A stretch of DNA of 64,000 nt, taken from contig VBFZ01000026.1 of NCBI GenBank assembly GCA_005880805.1, forward strand, positions 481 to 64,480, read 5' to 3'. Positions 17,843-27,184 of this stretch are shown piece by piece. The notes below the pieces were generated by a model. The model made no database searches. It had not been told where the DNA came from and was given only the letters and a program-made list of their open reading frames with translations. Origin of the DNA: Chloroflexota bacterium. GTDB lineage: Bacteria > Chloroflexota > Limnocylindria > Limnocylindrales > CSP1-4. A program made the position numbers and the translations under genes. The stretch's first letter is position 1, and each line of letters starts with the position of its first letter.

Positions 17843-19298
17843 CCGCCCCTCCCGTGGCCGAGACCGGCACCGCCGGCTGCCTGGCGCCGGCCGACCGCGC
17901 CCATTCGACCTGGACGAAGTCCGGGGTGGTATTCAGGTCGGCCGCCAGGAACTCGATCTCGTAATCGGCGAGCGGCCGGCGGCCAGCGCGGGCGGCGACC
18001 CTCCGCAGGTACGACCGCCGCAGTCGGCCCAGGTCGACCTCCGTGACGTCCATCTCATCGACCGTCTCGGGCAGGACGATCCGCTCGCCGGGCCGATCCT
18101 CGTTCCGACGGCCGACCGTGATCTCGACGCCCATCTCGCGCGCCAGCGTCAGCTGCGCGGTCGGGTGCTTCCCGGCGCCGGTGTACTCGGTCTCCTGCAC
18201 GACGACCAGCTCGTCGGCGTCGAACTCGCGAGCGACGACGAGCGCGGCTGCGAGCGACGTGTTGCCGGCCGGCCCACGCTCCATGCCCTCGAGATCGGCG
18301 AGGAGCTGGGTCGTGAAGAAGACCTCGCCCTGGGTGACCGTAACGTAGCGGTCGAGGTAGCGGAGCCCGCGCGCCGAGTTGCGTGGCACGTCCACCCGGT
18401 CCGGGTCGACGCTGAACGGGAAGCCGAACCCGGTGTGGCCCGTGGTGAACGACTTGCGATTGAAGTCCCGGTCGCTCGCCATGTGGAGGCCCGTCAGGTC
18501 GACGCTCGCGCCGATGACCGCCGTGTCCGTGGCACCGGCGCCGCGGAGGCCTCGCGCCGTCCCCGTGACGTTCCCGCCGCCACTGTGGGTGGCGATGATC
18601 GCCGCCGGGTGCCGCCCGAACCGCTCAGCGCACTCGAGGGCGATCTCGCGACCCAGGGTCTCGACGCCGAGCATCGCGTACGGGGTGTAGAGGCTGGCGT
18701 TGAAGTAGCCGGTCTCCTCGAGCAGCAGCAGGTGGAGGTAGAACAGCTCCGGTCCGACGGTCAGCTGCCAGACCTCGGCGCCGTACGCCTCGCAGGCACG
18801 CGTCTTCTCGAGCACCTCCGGCTGGCCACGCCCCGCGGAGTCGAAGACCTCCTGGAGGATCAGCGCTTTCAGCCCGTACATCGCCGCTTGCGACGCGACC
18901 GCCGCGCCGTAATTTCCGGAGGTCGCCGCGATCACACCGCGGAAGCCCTGGTCGGCGGCGTGAGCCAGGCACATCGACGCGCGACGCGCCTTGAAGCTGC
19001 CCGACGGGTTGGCCGCCTCGTCCTTGACGAGGATCCGGGCGCCCTTGCCGGCCGGTGCCGAGCGTCGGACGAGCTCCGTGAGCCGTGTCAGCTCGAGCAA
19101 CGGCGTGTCGCCGACCTTGTGCCGCAGCTGGATCTGGCGGACGTCCTCGATGCTGTAGGGAGGGCTCTCCGCGAGCGCCTCGGTATCGAAGGCGATGCCA
19201 CCGTCGAGCTCGTAGCGTTCGTAGTCGATGCCGACCGAGCGGCGCATGATTTCCGTTCGACGCGTCATGACCGCCGCATACGACTCGTCGGGCATCAT
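17835..19298 (-). CDS. PLP-dependent fold-type-II enzyme, 2-amino-4-oxopentanoate thiolase beta subunit (OrtB)-like
   Basis: PLP-lysine motif KDEAANPSGSFKARRA; ~487 aa; immediately downstream of and overlapping (ATGA) a small OrtA-like gene. Confidence 0.6.
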   Translation of the reverse strand: MMPDESYAAVMTRRTEIMRRSVGIDYERYELDGGIAFDTEALAESPPYSIEDVRQIQLRHKVGDTPLLELTRLTELVRRSAPAGKGARILVKDEAANPSGSFKARRASMCLAHAADQGFRGVIAATSGNYGAAVASQAAMYGLKALILQEVFDSAGRGQPEVLEKTRACEAYGAEVWQLTVGPELFYLHLLLLEETGYFNASLYTPYAMLGVETLGREIALECAERFGRHPAAIIATHSGGGNVTGTARGLRGAGATDTAVIGASVDLTGLHMASDRDFNRKSFTTGHTGFGFPFSVDPDRVDVPRNSARGLRYLDRYVTVTQGEVFFTTQLLADLEGMERGPAGNTSLAAALVVAREFDADELVVVQETEYTGAGKHPTAQLTLAREMGVEITVGRRNEDRPGERIVLPETVDEMDVTEVDLGRLRRSYLRRVAARAGRRPLADYEIEFLAADLNTTPDFVQVEWARSAGARQPAVPVSATGGAGG

Positions 19299-19672
19299 CG
19301 CCGAGGTCGCCCCCCGGAGCGGCGAGCGTCCGTCGAACCGCCGCCCTCATCCAGCGAGTGGCGAGCCTCCAGGCCGAGCCGGAGGAGCGCCGGAACCGGA
19401 TCGCCAAAATTGGCTGGATTGCGCGGGTTGACCTCGACGAGCCGTCCGCCGACCTCGCGGTCCAGCAGCGTTCGTACCGTCGCGTTTGAGCCGAGGTCGG
19501 CGCCGGCGACGAGGAAGCCGCGGACCCGGGCGACGAAATCCGTCAGGGCGGTGTCCGGAGGCACATTGCGCGCCCGGGCCGGCGCCCGCAGGACAACCCG
19601 CTCGATCTCGACCCACTCGCCTTCCGGAACGTGAACTGAGGCAATTGGGGGATCGCGTGGGGAGTCCGCCAT
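19295..19672 (-). CDS. Small subunit, 2-amino-4-oxopentanoate thiolase alpha (OrtA)-like
   Basis: EGEWVEIERVVLRAPARARNVPPDTALTDFVARVRGFL resembles the OrtA pattern (GDWVQIhnIVL..P..RAP.VPeDT...VKGFL); ATG 19672 with GAGGAGGAG RBS. Confidence 0.5.
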   Translation of the reverse strand: MADSPRDPPIASVHVPEGEWVEIERVVLRAPARARNVPPDTALTDFVARVRGFLVAGADLGSNATVRTLLDREVGGRLVEVNPRNPANFGDPVPALLRLGLEARHSLDEGGGSTDARRSGGRPRR

Positions 19673-19788
19673 CTCCTCCTCGATGAAGCCAGGACCCACG
19701 GAACGCTGTCACGCACGGTATGTCATCACCGGGCCTTGCGTCAACGCATATCGTACAGGCAGGCGCGAGCGACGAGGAGGTAGTGACC

Positions 19789-21147
19789 GTGTCGAGTCTC
19801 GTCCAGGGTGAGCCGCAGGCTGCGCTGCCGGAAGGGTTCAGGGGCGAGCTGCTGGGGCCTGGCAGTGACGCATACGAGTCCGCGCGACGGGTTTTCAACG
19901 GGATGATCGACCGCCGGCCGGCGCTGATCGCGCGGTGTCGCGGCGTGTCGGACGTCCAGGCGGCAATCGGGTACGCGCGGGCGAACGACTTGCCGGTCGC
20001 GGTCCGCGGTGGCGGCCATAACACGGCGGGGCACGGAACGTGCGATGGCGGCGTGCTGATCGATTTCTCGGTGATGCGAACCGCGCGCGTCGATCCGGCG
20101 TCCCGGACGGTTCGGGCCGATCCGGGCTGCACGTGGACCGATTTCGACACCGAGACTTCGGCCCACGACCTGGCGACGACCGGCGGCACGGTGGGGAGCA
20201 CGGGCATCGGTGGGCTCACGCTGGGCGGCGGGCTCGGCTTCCTCATGGGCAGCTTCGGCCTGTCGTGCGACAACCTCCTGTCGGTCGACCTGGTCACCGC
20301 GGAGGGGGATTTCGTCACCGCCAGCGGCGAGCTGAACAGCGACCTCTTCTGGGGTGTCCGCGGCGGGGGCGGCAATTTCGGCGTTGTGACGTCCTTCGAG
20401 TACCGGCTCCATCCGGTCGGCGAGCTCCTCGCCGGGCTCGTGATCTATCCGATCGAAGCCGCCCGGGCGGCGCTGGAGCTCTTCCGCGACGTCACCTCCT
20501 CCGGCCCCGACGAGCTGAGCTGTGCGTTCGCGATGATCACGGTGCCCGACGGCCCGCCCGTCGCGGTGATCGCGGCGTGCTTCAACGGCCCGATCGAGGA
20601 CGGCGAACGGTTGGTCGCGCCACTCCGCCGCCTCGGTCCTCCGATGGACGACGGCATCCGGCCGATGCGCTACCCGGAGGTCCAGCGCCTCTTCGCGGAG
20701 ATCCCGTTCGGCCTGCAGAACTACTGGAAGGGGCACTTCATCCGGGAGATGCCGGACGACGTGATCGACGCGAGCGTGCGCTCCTTCGAGGGCGTGACCT
20801 CGGCGCATTCGGCGATCCTGATCGAGGCCCCGCACGGCGCCGTGCGCCGGATCCCGGACGGCGAGACGGCGTTCGGGCAGCGTGCGGCCCGCTACAACGC
20901 CAGCGCGCTCGCGATCTGGGAGGACGGCGACCAGGCGCGGCACGTCCGCTGGTCGCGGGAGTACGCCGACGCCGTGGCGAGGTACGCCTCCGGCGGCTAC
21001 ATCAACTACCTCGCCGCAGACGCTTCTGCCGACGAGGTCGCCGGGGCCTACGGCCACGAGCGCTACGAGCGCCTGTTGGCACTCAAGCGCAAGTACGACC
21101 CCACGAACGTCTTCCGCTTCAACCAGAACATCGACCCGACGGAGTGA
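19789..21147 (+). CDS. FAD-linked oxidase, berberine-bridge-enzyme-like (paralog 2)
   Basis: AVRGGGHN, GGGVG motifs and C-terminal YERLLALKRKYDPTNVFRFNQNI; GTG 19789 sits 8 nt after GAGGAGG (start uncertain; ORF open from 19720). Confidence 0.8.
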   Translation: MSSLVQGEPQAALPEGFRGELLGPGSDAYESARRVFNGMIDRRPALIARCRGVSDVQAAIGYARANDLPVAVRGGGHNTAGHGTCDGGVLIDFSVMRTARVDPASRTVRADPGCTWTDFDTETSAHDLATTGGTVGSTGIGGLTLGGGLGFLMGSFGLSCDNLLSVDLVTAEGDFVTASGELNSDLFWGVRGGGGNFGVVTSFEYRLHPVGELLAGLVIYPIEAARAALELFRDVTSSGPDELSCAFAMITVPDGPPVAVIAACFNGPIEDGERLVAPLRRLGPPMDDGIRPMRYPEVQRLFAEIPFGLQNYWKGHFIREMPDDVIDASVRSFEGVTSAHSAILIEAPHGAVRRIPDGETAFGQRAARYNASALAIWEDGDQARHVRWSREYADAVARYASGGYINYLAADASADEVAGAYGHERYERLLALKRKYDPTNVFRFNQNIDPTE

Positions 21148-21286
21148 CGGGCTTGGCGGTGACGTTCGGCCGCTCCCGGCGCTAGCCTCCCTCCTTCAGA
21201 ACTGGGGCATCTGGCGCCCACGGCGGAAGCGAAAGCGGAGGCCATACTCACGCCGTGCAGCACCAATTGGACAATCGAGGTCCACG

Positions 21287-22813
21287 ATGAGCGCGCCGCT
21301 GCCACTCGACAGCCGCCAGGCGCGGATCGCTCGCCATCTGCTGTCAGAGGCCGGACCCGAGAGCGTCGAGGAGATCGCTACCGCGCTCCGGCTTACAACC
21401 CGGGTGGTGCGCTACAACCTCCCGTCGATCGAGACCTACCTGCGTAGCGCCGGACTGCGCCTTGGCCGTCGGCGCGGAGTTGGCATCTGGATCCAGGGCG
21501 AGGAGGACCGGCGAGCGAAGCTCCTGTCGGACCTCGACGATGAGGCAGGTCCGCGGGTCCTGAGCACCGCCGACCGCAAGCTTCGGGCACTCGCCGTTCT
21601 GCTCGACAGGGCCCCCGAGCCGGTCCACCTGGCTGACCTCGAGACGGAGCTGGGAGCCTCGCGAGCGACCGTGCGGCGCGACGTCCGGGCGGCCGAGGCG
21701 TGGCTCGAGAACCATCACCTCCACCTGCAGCACGTGCCGGGCGTCGGTCTCGTGGTCCGCGGCCCCGAAAGCGACGTCCGCAAGGGCCTGCTCGCGCTCG
21801 TGCTCGAGGCCGTGCCGCCGGAAGTGCTGCTGAGCCAGGCGAGTGGCGAGCGGGCCGCCGCACCGGTCGAGGACCGCTCTCTCGGGGTGGCGAGCTTCAC
21901 CGCCCAGCTCGACCTCGGGGCGCATCGCGCGATCCTGCTCGACCAGCTCCGCGAGATGGACGAGAACGAGGCGGGCACGATCCTCGCGACGCTGTACCTG
22001 GCGATCGTGGCGAGACGGATCCAGGCCGGCCGGACCGCCGAGTTCCAGAGCGGCCAGCTTCGATCGCTCATCGACCACCCCGTTGCCGACGTCGCCGGCC
22101 GCATCGCCGCCGCGATGGACCGAACCGGAGGCGTCGTGGTGGGCGACTCGGACATCGCGGCGATCACCGAATTCCTCCTGGGCTTCGTGGAGGTAGGGGA
22201 GAGGCCGGTCGGGACCGACGACGATGAGATGGAGCCGATCGACCGCTTCGTCGCGGCGGCCGCACGGCACCTTCACCCCTCGCTGGCCGACGACGACCAG
22301 CTCCGCCGTAGCCTGGCGGAGCACCTGCGCAGGCTGCGGGTCCGGTTGCGCTACGGCCTGCCCGTCAGCAATCCGCTCGCACACGAAGTCCGCGAGCGAT
22401 ACCCGGACGTGTATGAGGCCGCAACCCGGATCGCCGCCGAGGTCGCGCCGCTCGGCGATACCGGCGTCCCCGCCGACGAGATCGGCTTCCTGACGATGTA
22501 CCTCGCGGGCTCCCTCGAACGGAACCGCCTTCGGCCGAAGATCCGCGTCACCGTCGTCTGCCCGGCCGGGATGGCGACGGCGTGGATCCTCGTTTCGCGA
22601 CTGCTGGCGGTCTTTCCGCAGGTCGATGTAACGAGAGTGGTCTCGAAGACCGCCTTCGAGCGCGGGCCCGACGGCATCGCGACCGACGTCGTGGTCAGCA
22701 CGGTCCCGATCGAGGAGGACGCCGACGGCGTCCCAGCCGTCGTGGTCAGCCCGCTCCTCCGCGAGCGCGACATCAGGCGCCTCAGCCGGTTGCTGGGAGA
22801 ACCGACACACTGA
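21287..22813 (+). CDS. PRD-domain transcriptional regulator of PTS operons (MtlR/LicR-like: HTH + PRD + EIIB-like domain)
   Basis: N-terminal HTH followed by PRD-like repeats; C-terminal EIIB(Gat)-like segment IRVTVVCPAGMATAWIL. ATG 21287 with GAGG upstream; the listed ORF start at 20882 is antisense overlap with the oxidase and was rejected. Confidence 0.75.
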   Translation: MSAPLPLDSRQARIARHLLSEAGPESVEEIATALRLTTRVVRYNLPSIETYLRSAGLRLGRRRGVGIWIQGEEDRRAKLLSDLDDEAGPRVLSTADRKLRALAVLLDRAPEPVHLADLETELGASRATVRRDVRAAEAWLENHHLHLQHVPGVGLVVRGPESDVRKGLLALVLEAVPPEVLLSQASGERAAAPVEDRSLGVASFTAQLDLGAHRAILLDQLREMDENEAGTILATLYLAIVARRIQAGRTAEFQSGQLRSLIDHPVADVAGRIAAAMDRTGGVVVGDSDIAAITEFLLGFVEVGERPVGTDDDEMEPIDRFVAAAARHLHPSLADDDQLRRSLAEHLRRLRVRLRYGLPVSNPLAHEVRERYPDVYEAATRIAAEVAPLGDTGVPADEIGFLTMYLAGSLERNRLRPKIRVTVVCPAGMATAWILVSRLLAVFPQVDVTRVVSKTAFERGPDGIATDVVVSTVPIEEDADGVPAVVVSPLLRERDIRRLSRLLGEPTH

Positions 22814-22913
22814 CTCGACGGTCGAAATTGTCATAAGTCGGTGCGGCCACATTGGGGACTTGTTGTGACGCGGATGCCGCGCGGATCATGCCGCCCTGTA
22901 CAACCCGGAGAGG

Positions 22914-24017
22914 ATGTACAACCCGGAGTGGAGGGTAAGGCTCGTGCAGGAGCGGATCCAACGGCTGGGCGGCAACCTTGCCGCCATCGTCATCCCCAAC
23001 ATCGCGGCCTTCATCGCGTGGGGACTGATCACCGCGTTCGTGATCCCGACCGGCTGGACCCCGAACGAGACGCTGGCCAAGCTGGTCGGCCCGATGATCA
23101 CCTACCTGCTTCCGTTGTTGCTCGGCTACACGGGAGGCAAGCTCGTCTACGGGCATCGTGGTGGCGTCGTCGGGGCAGTGGTGACCGCCGGAATCATCGT
23201 GGGCTCGTCAGTCCCGATGTTCCTCGGCGCGATGATCGTCGGCCCCCTCGGCGGGTACCTCATCAAGAAGTTCGACGAGGCGTTTGCCGAGCGCGTTCCG
23301 ATGGGCTTCGAGATGTTGATGAACAACTTCTCGGCCGGCATCCTCGGCGCGCTGCTTGCCATCGGCGGCGTGCTCGCCATCGGGCCGCTCCTGACGTCGT
23401 TCTCGAATGCCCTGGGGGACTTCGTTCACGGCCTGATCAGCGCCGGCCTTCTGCCACTGGCCGACATCCCGATCGAAGTCGGGAAGGTGCTCTTCCTGAA
23501 CAACGCCATCAACCACGGCGTCCTTGCGCCGCTGGGTGTCGCGGATGCGGCGAAGAACGGCCGCGCGATCGAGTTCCTGCTGGAGACCAATCCGGGCCCG
23601 GGCCTTGGGCTGCTGCTCTCGTTCGCGTTCTTCGGCAAGGGACTTGCGAAGCTGTCAGCGCCGGGCGCGATCGTGATCCACTTTTTCGGTGGCATCCATG
23701 AGATCTACTTCCCGTACGTCCTGTCCCACCCGATCATGATCCTGGCCATGTGGGCGGGTGGCATCTCGGCCGACATCGTCTTCGTGACCACGAACGCCGG
23801 CCTTGTCGCGACCCCCTCGCCGGGCAGCATCTTTGCCTATCTCGCCGTCACCCCACCCGGCCAGCACATTCCGGTGCTGAGCGGCGTGGCGGTCGGAGCG
23901 ATCGTCTCGTTCGCCGTCGGATCGGTCATCCTGCGGTTCGTGCCGGTCAAGGAGGAGGAGGGCGAAGAGGCCCAGGCTCCTTCCCCGGTCGTGACGCCGA
24001 CGCCGCAGCCGGCCTGA
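22914..24017 (+). CDS. mtlA: PTS mannitol-family EIIC permease component
   Basis: Collinear with E. coli MtlA EIIC: [72 protein letters not shown]. Confidence 0.9.
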   Translation: MYNPEWRVRLVQERIQRLGGNLAAIVIPNIAAFIAWGLITAFVIPTGWTPNETLAKLVGPMITYLLPLLLGYTGGKLVYGHRGGVVGAVVTAGIIVGSSVPMFLGAMIVGPLGGYLIKKFDEAFAERVPMGFEMLMNNFSAGILGALLAIGGVLAIGPLLTSFSNALGDFVHGLISAGLLPLADIPIEVGKVLFLNNAINHGVLAPLGVADAAKNGRAIEFLLETNPGPGLGLLLSFAFFGKGLAKLSAPGAIVIHFFGGIHEIYFPYVLSHPIMILAMWAGGISADIVFVTTNAGLVATPSPGSIFAYLAVTPPGQHIPVLSGVAVGAIVSFAVGSVILRFVPVKEEEGEEAQAPSPVVTPTPQPA

Positions 24018-24087
24018 GCCTTCGAGTCCCTCGGCCACCGGCCGGCGGCCCTCTTGCCGGCCGGTGGCACCCTCCCTGGAGATCAGC

Positions 24088-24414
24088 ATGGTCGTGAAGC
24101 GCGCCGCCGACGTGAAGCTCGTCGTGTTCGTCTGTGAGGCGGGGATGGGCTCGAGCCTCATCGGGGCGAACCAGCTCAAGAGGCGGATCAAGGATCTCGG
24201 CCTCGACGTCCGCGTGATCCACTCACCGGTGAACGAGATCCCGCCCAATACGGACGTGGTCGTCTCGCATCAGGGACTGTCCGAGCGAGCCCGCAAGGCC
24301 GCCCCCAACGCTGTGGTCCTCTCGTTCAAGAACTTCCTGAACAACAGCGCGTCGGAGTATCTGCTTCGGAGCCTCGCAGCCGGCGAGGACGTCGCCGAAC
24401 CGCTGGCATCCTGA
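24088..24414 (+). CDS. PTS mannitol-family EIIB component (separate polypeptide)
   Basis: KLVVFVCEAGMGSSL matches the MtlA EIIB phospho-Cys region (IIVACDAGMGSS). ATG 24088 has GGAG 7 nt upstream (ORF open from 24064). Confidence 0.8.
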   Translation: MVVKRAADVKLVVFVCEAGMGSSLIGANQLKRRIKDLGLDVRVIHSPVNEIPPNTDVVVSHQGLSERARKAAPNAVVLSFKNFLNNSASEYLLRSLAAGEDVAEPLAS

Positions 24415-25148
24415 TGGCGACCGAGGTCCTGTCGGCCTCAGCCGTCGTCGTCGGCGCCAGCGCTCCGGACCAGACGGCAGCCATCGATCTCGTCGGATCG
24501 ATACTCGTCGCCGAGGGATGCGTCACGCCCGACTACGTGACCGAGATGCGCGAGCGAGAGCGGATCGTCTCGACGTACCTCGGAAACGGGATCGCGCTGC
24601 CCCACGGCACGAACGAGGCGCGGAGCGCCGTGCTGCGCACGGGCCTGGCGGTCGCCCAGTTCCCGGAAGGAGTCCCTTGGGGAGAGGAGCCCGCATATCT
24701 CGTGATCGGACTCGCCGCGACGTCCGAAGAGCACATCGAGGTCCTGTCGCGACTCGCCAACATCCTCGGCGACGAGGAGCTCTGCCGTCGTCTGGCGACA
24801 ACTCCAGATGCCGCGGAGATCCACCGAACGCTGACGGCGGATGGCGTGGCGCCCCCAGGCAACGGCCATCCGCCAAAAAACGATGAGATCGTGGCGACCG
24901 TCACGATCACCAATCCGGCCGGGCTGCACGCACGGCCGGCCGCGACGCTCGTCGACCGGATCAGGGGCTTCGACGCCGAGATCGTCATCGAGGCCAACGG
25001 CCGCCGTGCCAATGCGCGGAGCATGACGGCACTGCTCAGCCTGGGCGCGGCAGTTGGCGACGGCGTGCGCGTGGTGGCCCGCGGGCCGGGTGCGGATGGG
25101 GCGACAGACGCCGTCATCGCCGTCCTGACCAACCGGCCGGAGGCCTGA
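24414..25148 (+). CDS. PTS EIIA(Mtl)-HPr fusion protein
   Basis: EIIA-Mtl region (YLGNGIALPHGT...LVIGLAA) followed by an HPr domain (ATVTITNPAGLHARPAATLVD); TGATG overlap with EIIB. Confidence 0.8.
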   Translation: MATEVLSASAVVVGASAPDQTAAIDLVGSILVAEGCVTPDYVTEMRERERIVSTYLGNGIALPHGTNEARSAVLRTGLAVAQFPEGVPWGEEPAYLVIGLAATSEEHIEVLSRLANILGDEELCRRLATTPDAAEIHRTLTADGVAPPGNGHPPKNDEIVATVTITNPAGLHARPAATLVDRIRGFDAEIVIEANGRRANARSMTALLSLGAAVGDGVRVVARGPGADGATDAVIAVLTNRPEA

Positions 25149-25149
25149 C

Positions 25150-25449
25150 ATGGCGCGTCTCGATCGCGATGGCCTCCTGAACGCGATTTCCACGTCGCTG
25201 AAGGCCGGTCCCGACCCGGATGGCGTCGCCGACCTGGTCGCGTCGCAAGGCCGGATCAACGTGGCGGCCACCGGCGCCGAGATCGGGCCGGCCATCAAGC
25301 GGCTCGCCCCGCTGCCCGGCTACCGCTGGATCGCGATCAACGGCGGCGACCTGTTCGCCGCGAACCCGCTGACGATCGGCACGAAGGTGGGGATCATCGA
25401 CCACACGGGGCGGGTTCTCAAGAACGCCGACCTTCCTCGTCCGAAGTAA
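25150..25449 (+). CDS. Hypothetical protein, 99 aa, embedded in the PTS operon
   Basis: Starts 2 nt after the EIIA-HPr stop; no recognisable motif (MARLDRDGLLNAISTSLKAGPDPDGVADL...). Confidence 0.45.
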   Translation: MARLDRDGLLNAISTSLKAGPDPDGVADLVASQGRINVAATGAEIGPAIKRLAPLPGYRWIAINGGDLFAANPLTIGTKVGIIDHTGRVLKNADLPRPK

Positions 25450-25459
25450 CGCGTCCGAC

Positions 25460-27184
25460 GTGATCGCGGTCGAAGATCGCTACGCCGCCTACCAGGCGGT
25501 GCCGGCGAGGCTACCGTCGGAGACCCTGGCCTGGAACGTCTACGGCAAGGGGATCGAGGCGGTCGGCCGTGACGGCCGACCCGAGCCGGTGCCGGTCGGT
25601 CGGGCCGCGGCAGATCAGCTGTTGGTCCGGGTGGATGCCGTCGGGCTGTGCTTCTCCGACGTCAAGCTCATCCGGCTCGGCGGCGACCATCCCAAGCTGT
25701 ACGGCCGCGACCTGTCGCGAGAGCCCACCCGACTCGGACACGAGGCTGCCGTCACGATCTTCGAAGTGGGCGGCACATTGGCGGACCGTTTCCGGGTCGG
25801 CCAGCGACTGGCGATCCAGCCCGACATCTACGTCGACGGGCAGAGCACGGCCTATGGCTACACGATCCCGGGCGGCCTGATCGGCTACCAGCTGATCGGC
25901 CCCGAGGTCCTCGCCGCGGACGACGGCGCATACGTCATCCCGGTCGGCGATCGCCTCGGCTACGCGGAGACCGCCTTGACCGAACCGTGGGCGTGCGTCG
26001 AAGCCGCCTACACGCAGCGGCGGCGGCTGGCGCCCGCGACCGCCGGCAGGACCTGGGTCATTGGGCGACCTGACGATGAGCGCGCCTACCGGATCGGAAA
26101 CGTCCTCGACGGCGCGCGGGAGATCGTCCTGACCGACCTCCCTGACGAGCTCCTGGCGGAGATCCGTGGACGGGTTGGGGACCGGGCAAGCGTCACCGTC
26201 GTCGAGCAGGCCGAGGCGATGGGCCCATTCGACGACATCATCCTCCTCGGCCCGCGCTCGGCCGCCCTGGTGTCGAAGGCAGCCGACCTGCTCGCCTTCC
26301 GGGGCGTGCTGAATCTGGTCGCCGACGAGCCGCTCGACGGCCCGGTGGAGCTCGACATCGGCCGGCTCCACTACCACTACACCGCCTTCGTGGGGACGAC
26401 CGAGCTGGACGTCTCGTCCGCGTACGGCGAGAAACGCAACCGTGCCGAGCTCCGATCCGGGGGCACGGCCGTCTTCGTCGGGGCTGCGGGCCCGATGGGC
26501 CAGATGCACATCGAGCGTGCGCTGTCGATGCCGGACGGGCCTGCTCGCCTGATCGGGATCGACCTCGACGAGGATCGCATGGCCGCCGCGGCTGCCCGCC
26601 TGCAGCCGATCGCCGCGACAAACGGTCGCGCGCTCGTGCTCCACGTGCCACAGCCAGGCGAGGCGCTCGCGTCGGTTGTCGAGGCGGAGAACGACGGGCG
26701 CCTCGCCGATGACGTCGTCGTGACGGCGCCTACGCCCAAGGCGGTCGTGGACGGATCGGAGGCGTTGTTGCCGGACGGGATGCTCGTGCTGTTCGCCGGC
26801 GTACCGGTCGGTACACGTGCTTCGCTCGATCTGACGCCGGTCTTCCAGCACGGCGCGCAGTACACGGGTACGTCCGGTTCGCGGATCGCCGACCAGCAGC
26901 GGGTGGTCGACAAGACGCTGTCCGGACTGCTTTCCCCGGGGCGTGCGCTCGGCGCGGTCGGCGGCATCGAAGCGGCGCGGGACGGCCTGCAGGCCATGGT
27001 CGACGGCCGATTCGCCGGGAAGATCGTCATCTTTCCCCAGCTGCGCGGGCTGTCACTGACGTCACTCGAGGACCTCGCCGCCGGAGACCCGGCAATCGCG
27101 GCGGCCCTCGGTCCGGGGCCGACCTGGACGCGCGGCGCAGAGGCTGTCCTCTTCGCGAAATACTGGCCCGCTCCCGACCGGTGA
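25460..27184 (+). CDS. Medium-chain dehydrogenase/reductase (Zn-ADH-like) family protein, unusually long (574 aa)
   Basis: GroES-like N-terminal region (VDAVGLCFSDVKL...GHEAAVTIFEVG) and a Rossmann-like segment (AVFVGAAGPMGQMHI). Confidence 0.65.
   Translation: MIAVEDRYAAYQAVPARLPSETLAWNVYGKGIEAVGRDGRPEPVPVGRAAADQLLVRVDAVGLCFSDVKLIRLGGDHPKLYGRDLSREPTRLGHEAAVTIFEVGGTLADRFRVGQRLAIQPDIYVDGQSTAYGYTIPGGLIGYQLIGPEVLAADDGAYVIPVGDRLGYAETALTEPWACVEAAYTQRRRLAPATAGRTWVIGRPDDERAYRIGNVLDGAREIVLTDLPDELLAEIRGRVGDRASVTVVEQAEAMGPFDDIILLGPRSAALVSKAADLLAFRGVLNLVADEPLDGPVELDIGRLHYHYTAFVGTTELDVSSAYGEKRNRAELRSGGTAVFVGAAGPMGQMHIERALSMPDGPARLIGIDLDEDRMAAAAARLQPIAATNGRALVLHVPQPGEALASVVEAENDGRLADDVVVTAPTPKAVVDGSEALLPDGMLVLFAGVPVGTRASLDLTPVFQHGAQYTGTSGSRIADQQRVVDKTLSGLLSPGRALGAVGGIEAARDGLQAMVDGRFAGKIVIFPQLRGLSLTSLEDLAAGDPAIAAALGPGPTWTRGAEAVLFAKYWPAPDR

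Noticed and set aside
20882-22813. 643-aa ORF extending the PRD regulator upstream to 20882
   Set aside because: The N-terminal 135 aa are Arg/Thr/Ser-rich and overlap the 3' half of the FAD-oxidase gene. The real start is the ATG at 21287 with GAGG upstream.
22896-22931. 18-bp in-frame duplication ([12 protein letters not shown]) at the EIIC start as a possible repeat element
   Set aside because: It only affects the choice of start codon (ATG 22914 versus a downstream GTG), and both options give an intact MtlA-like N terminus. It is not a separate feature.
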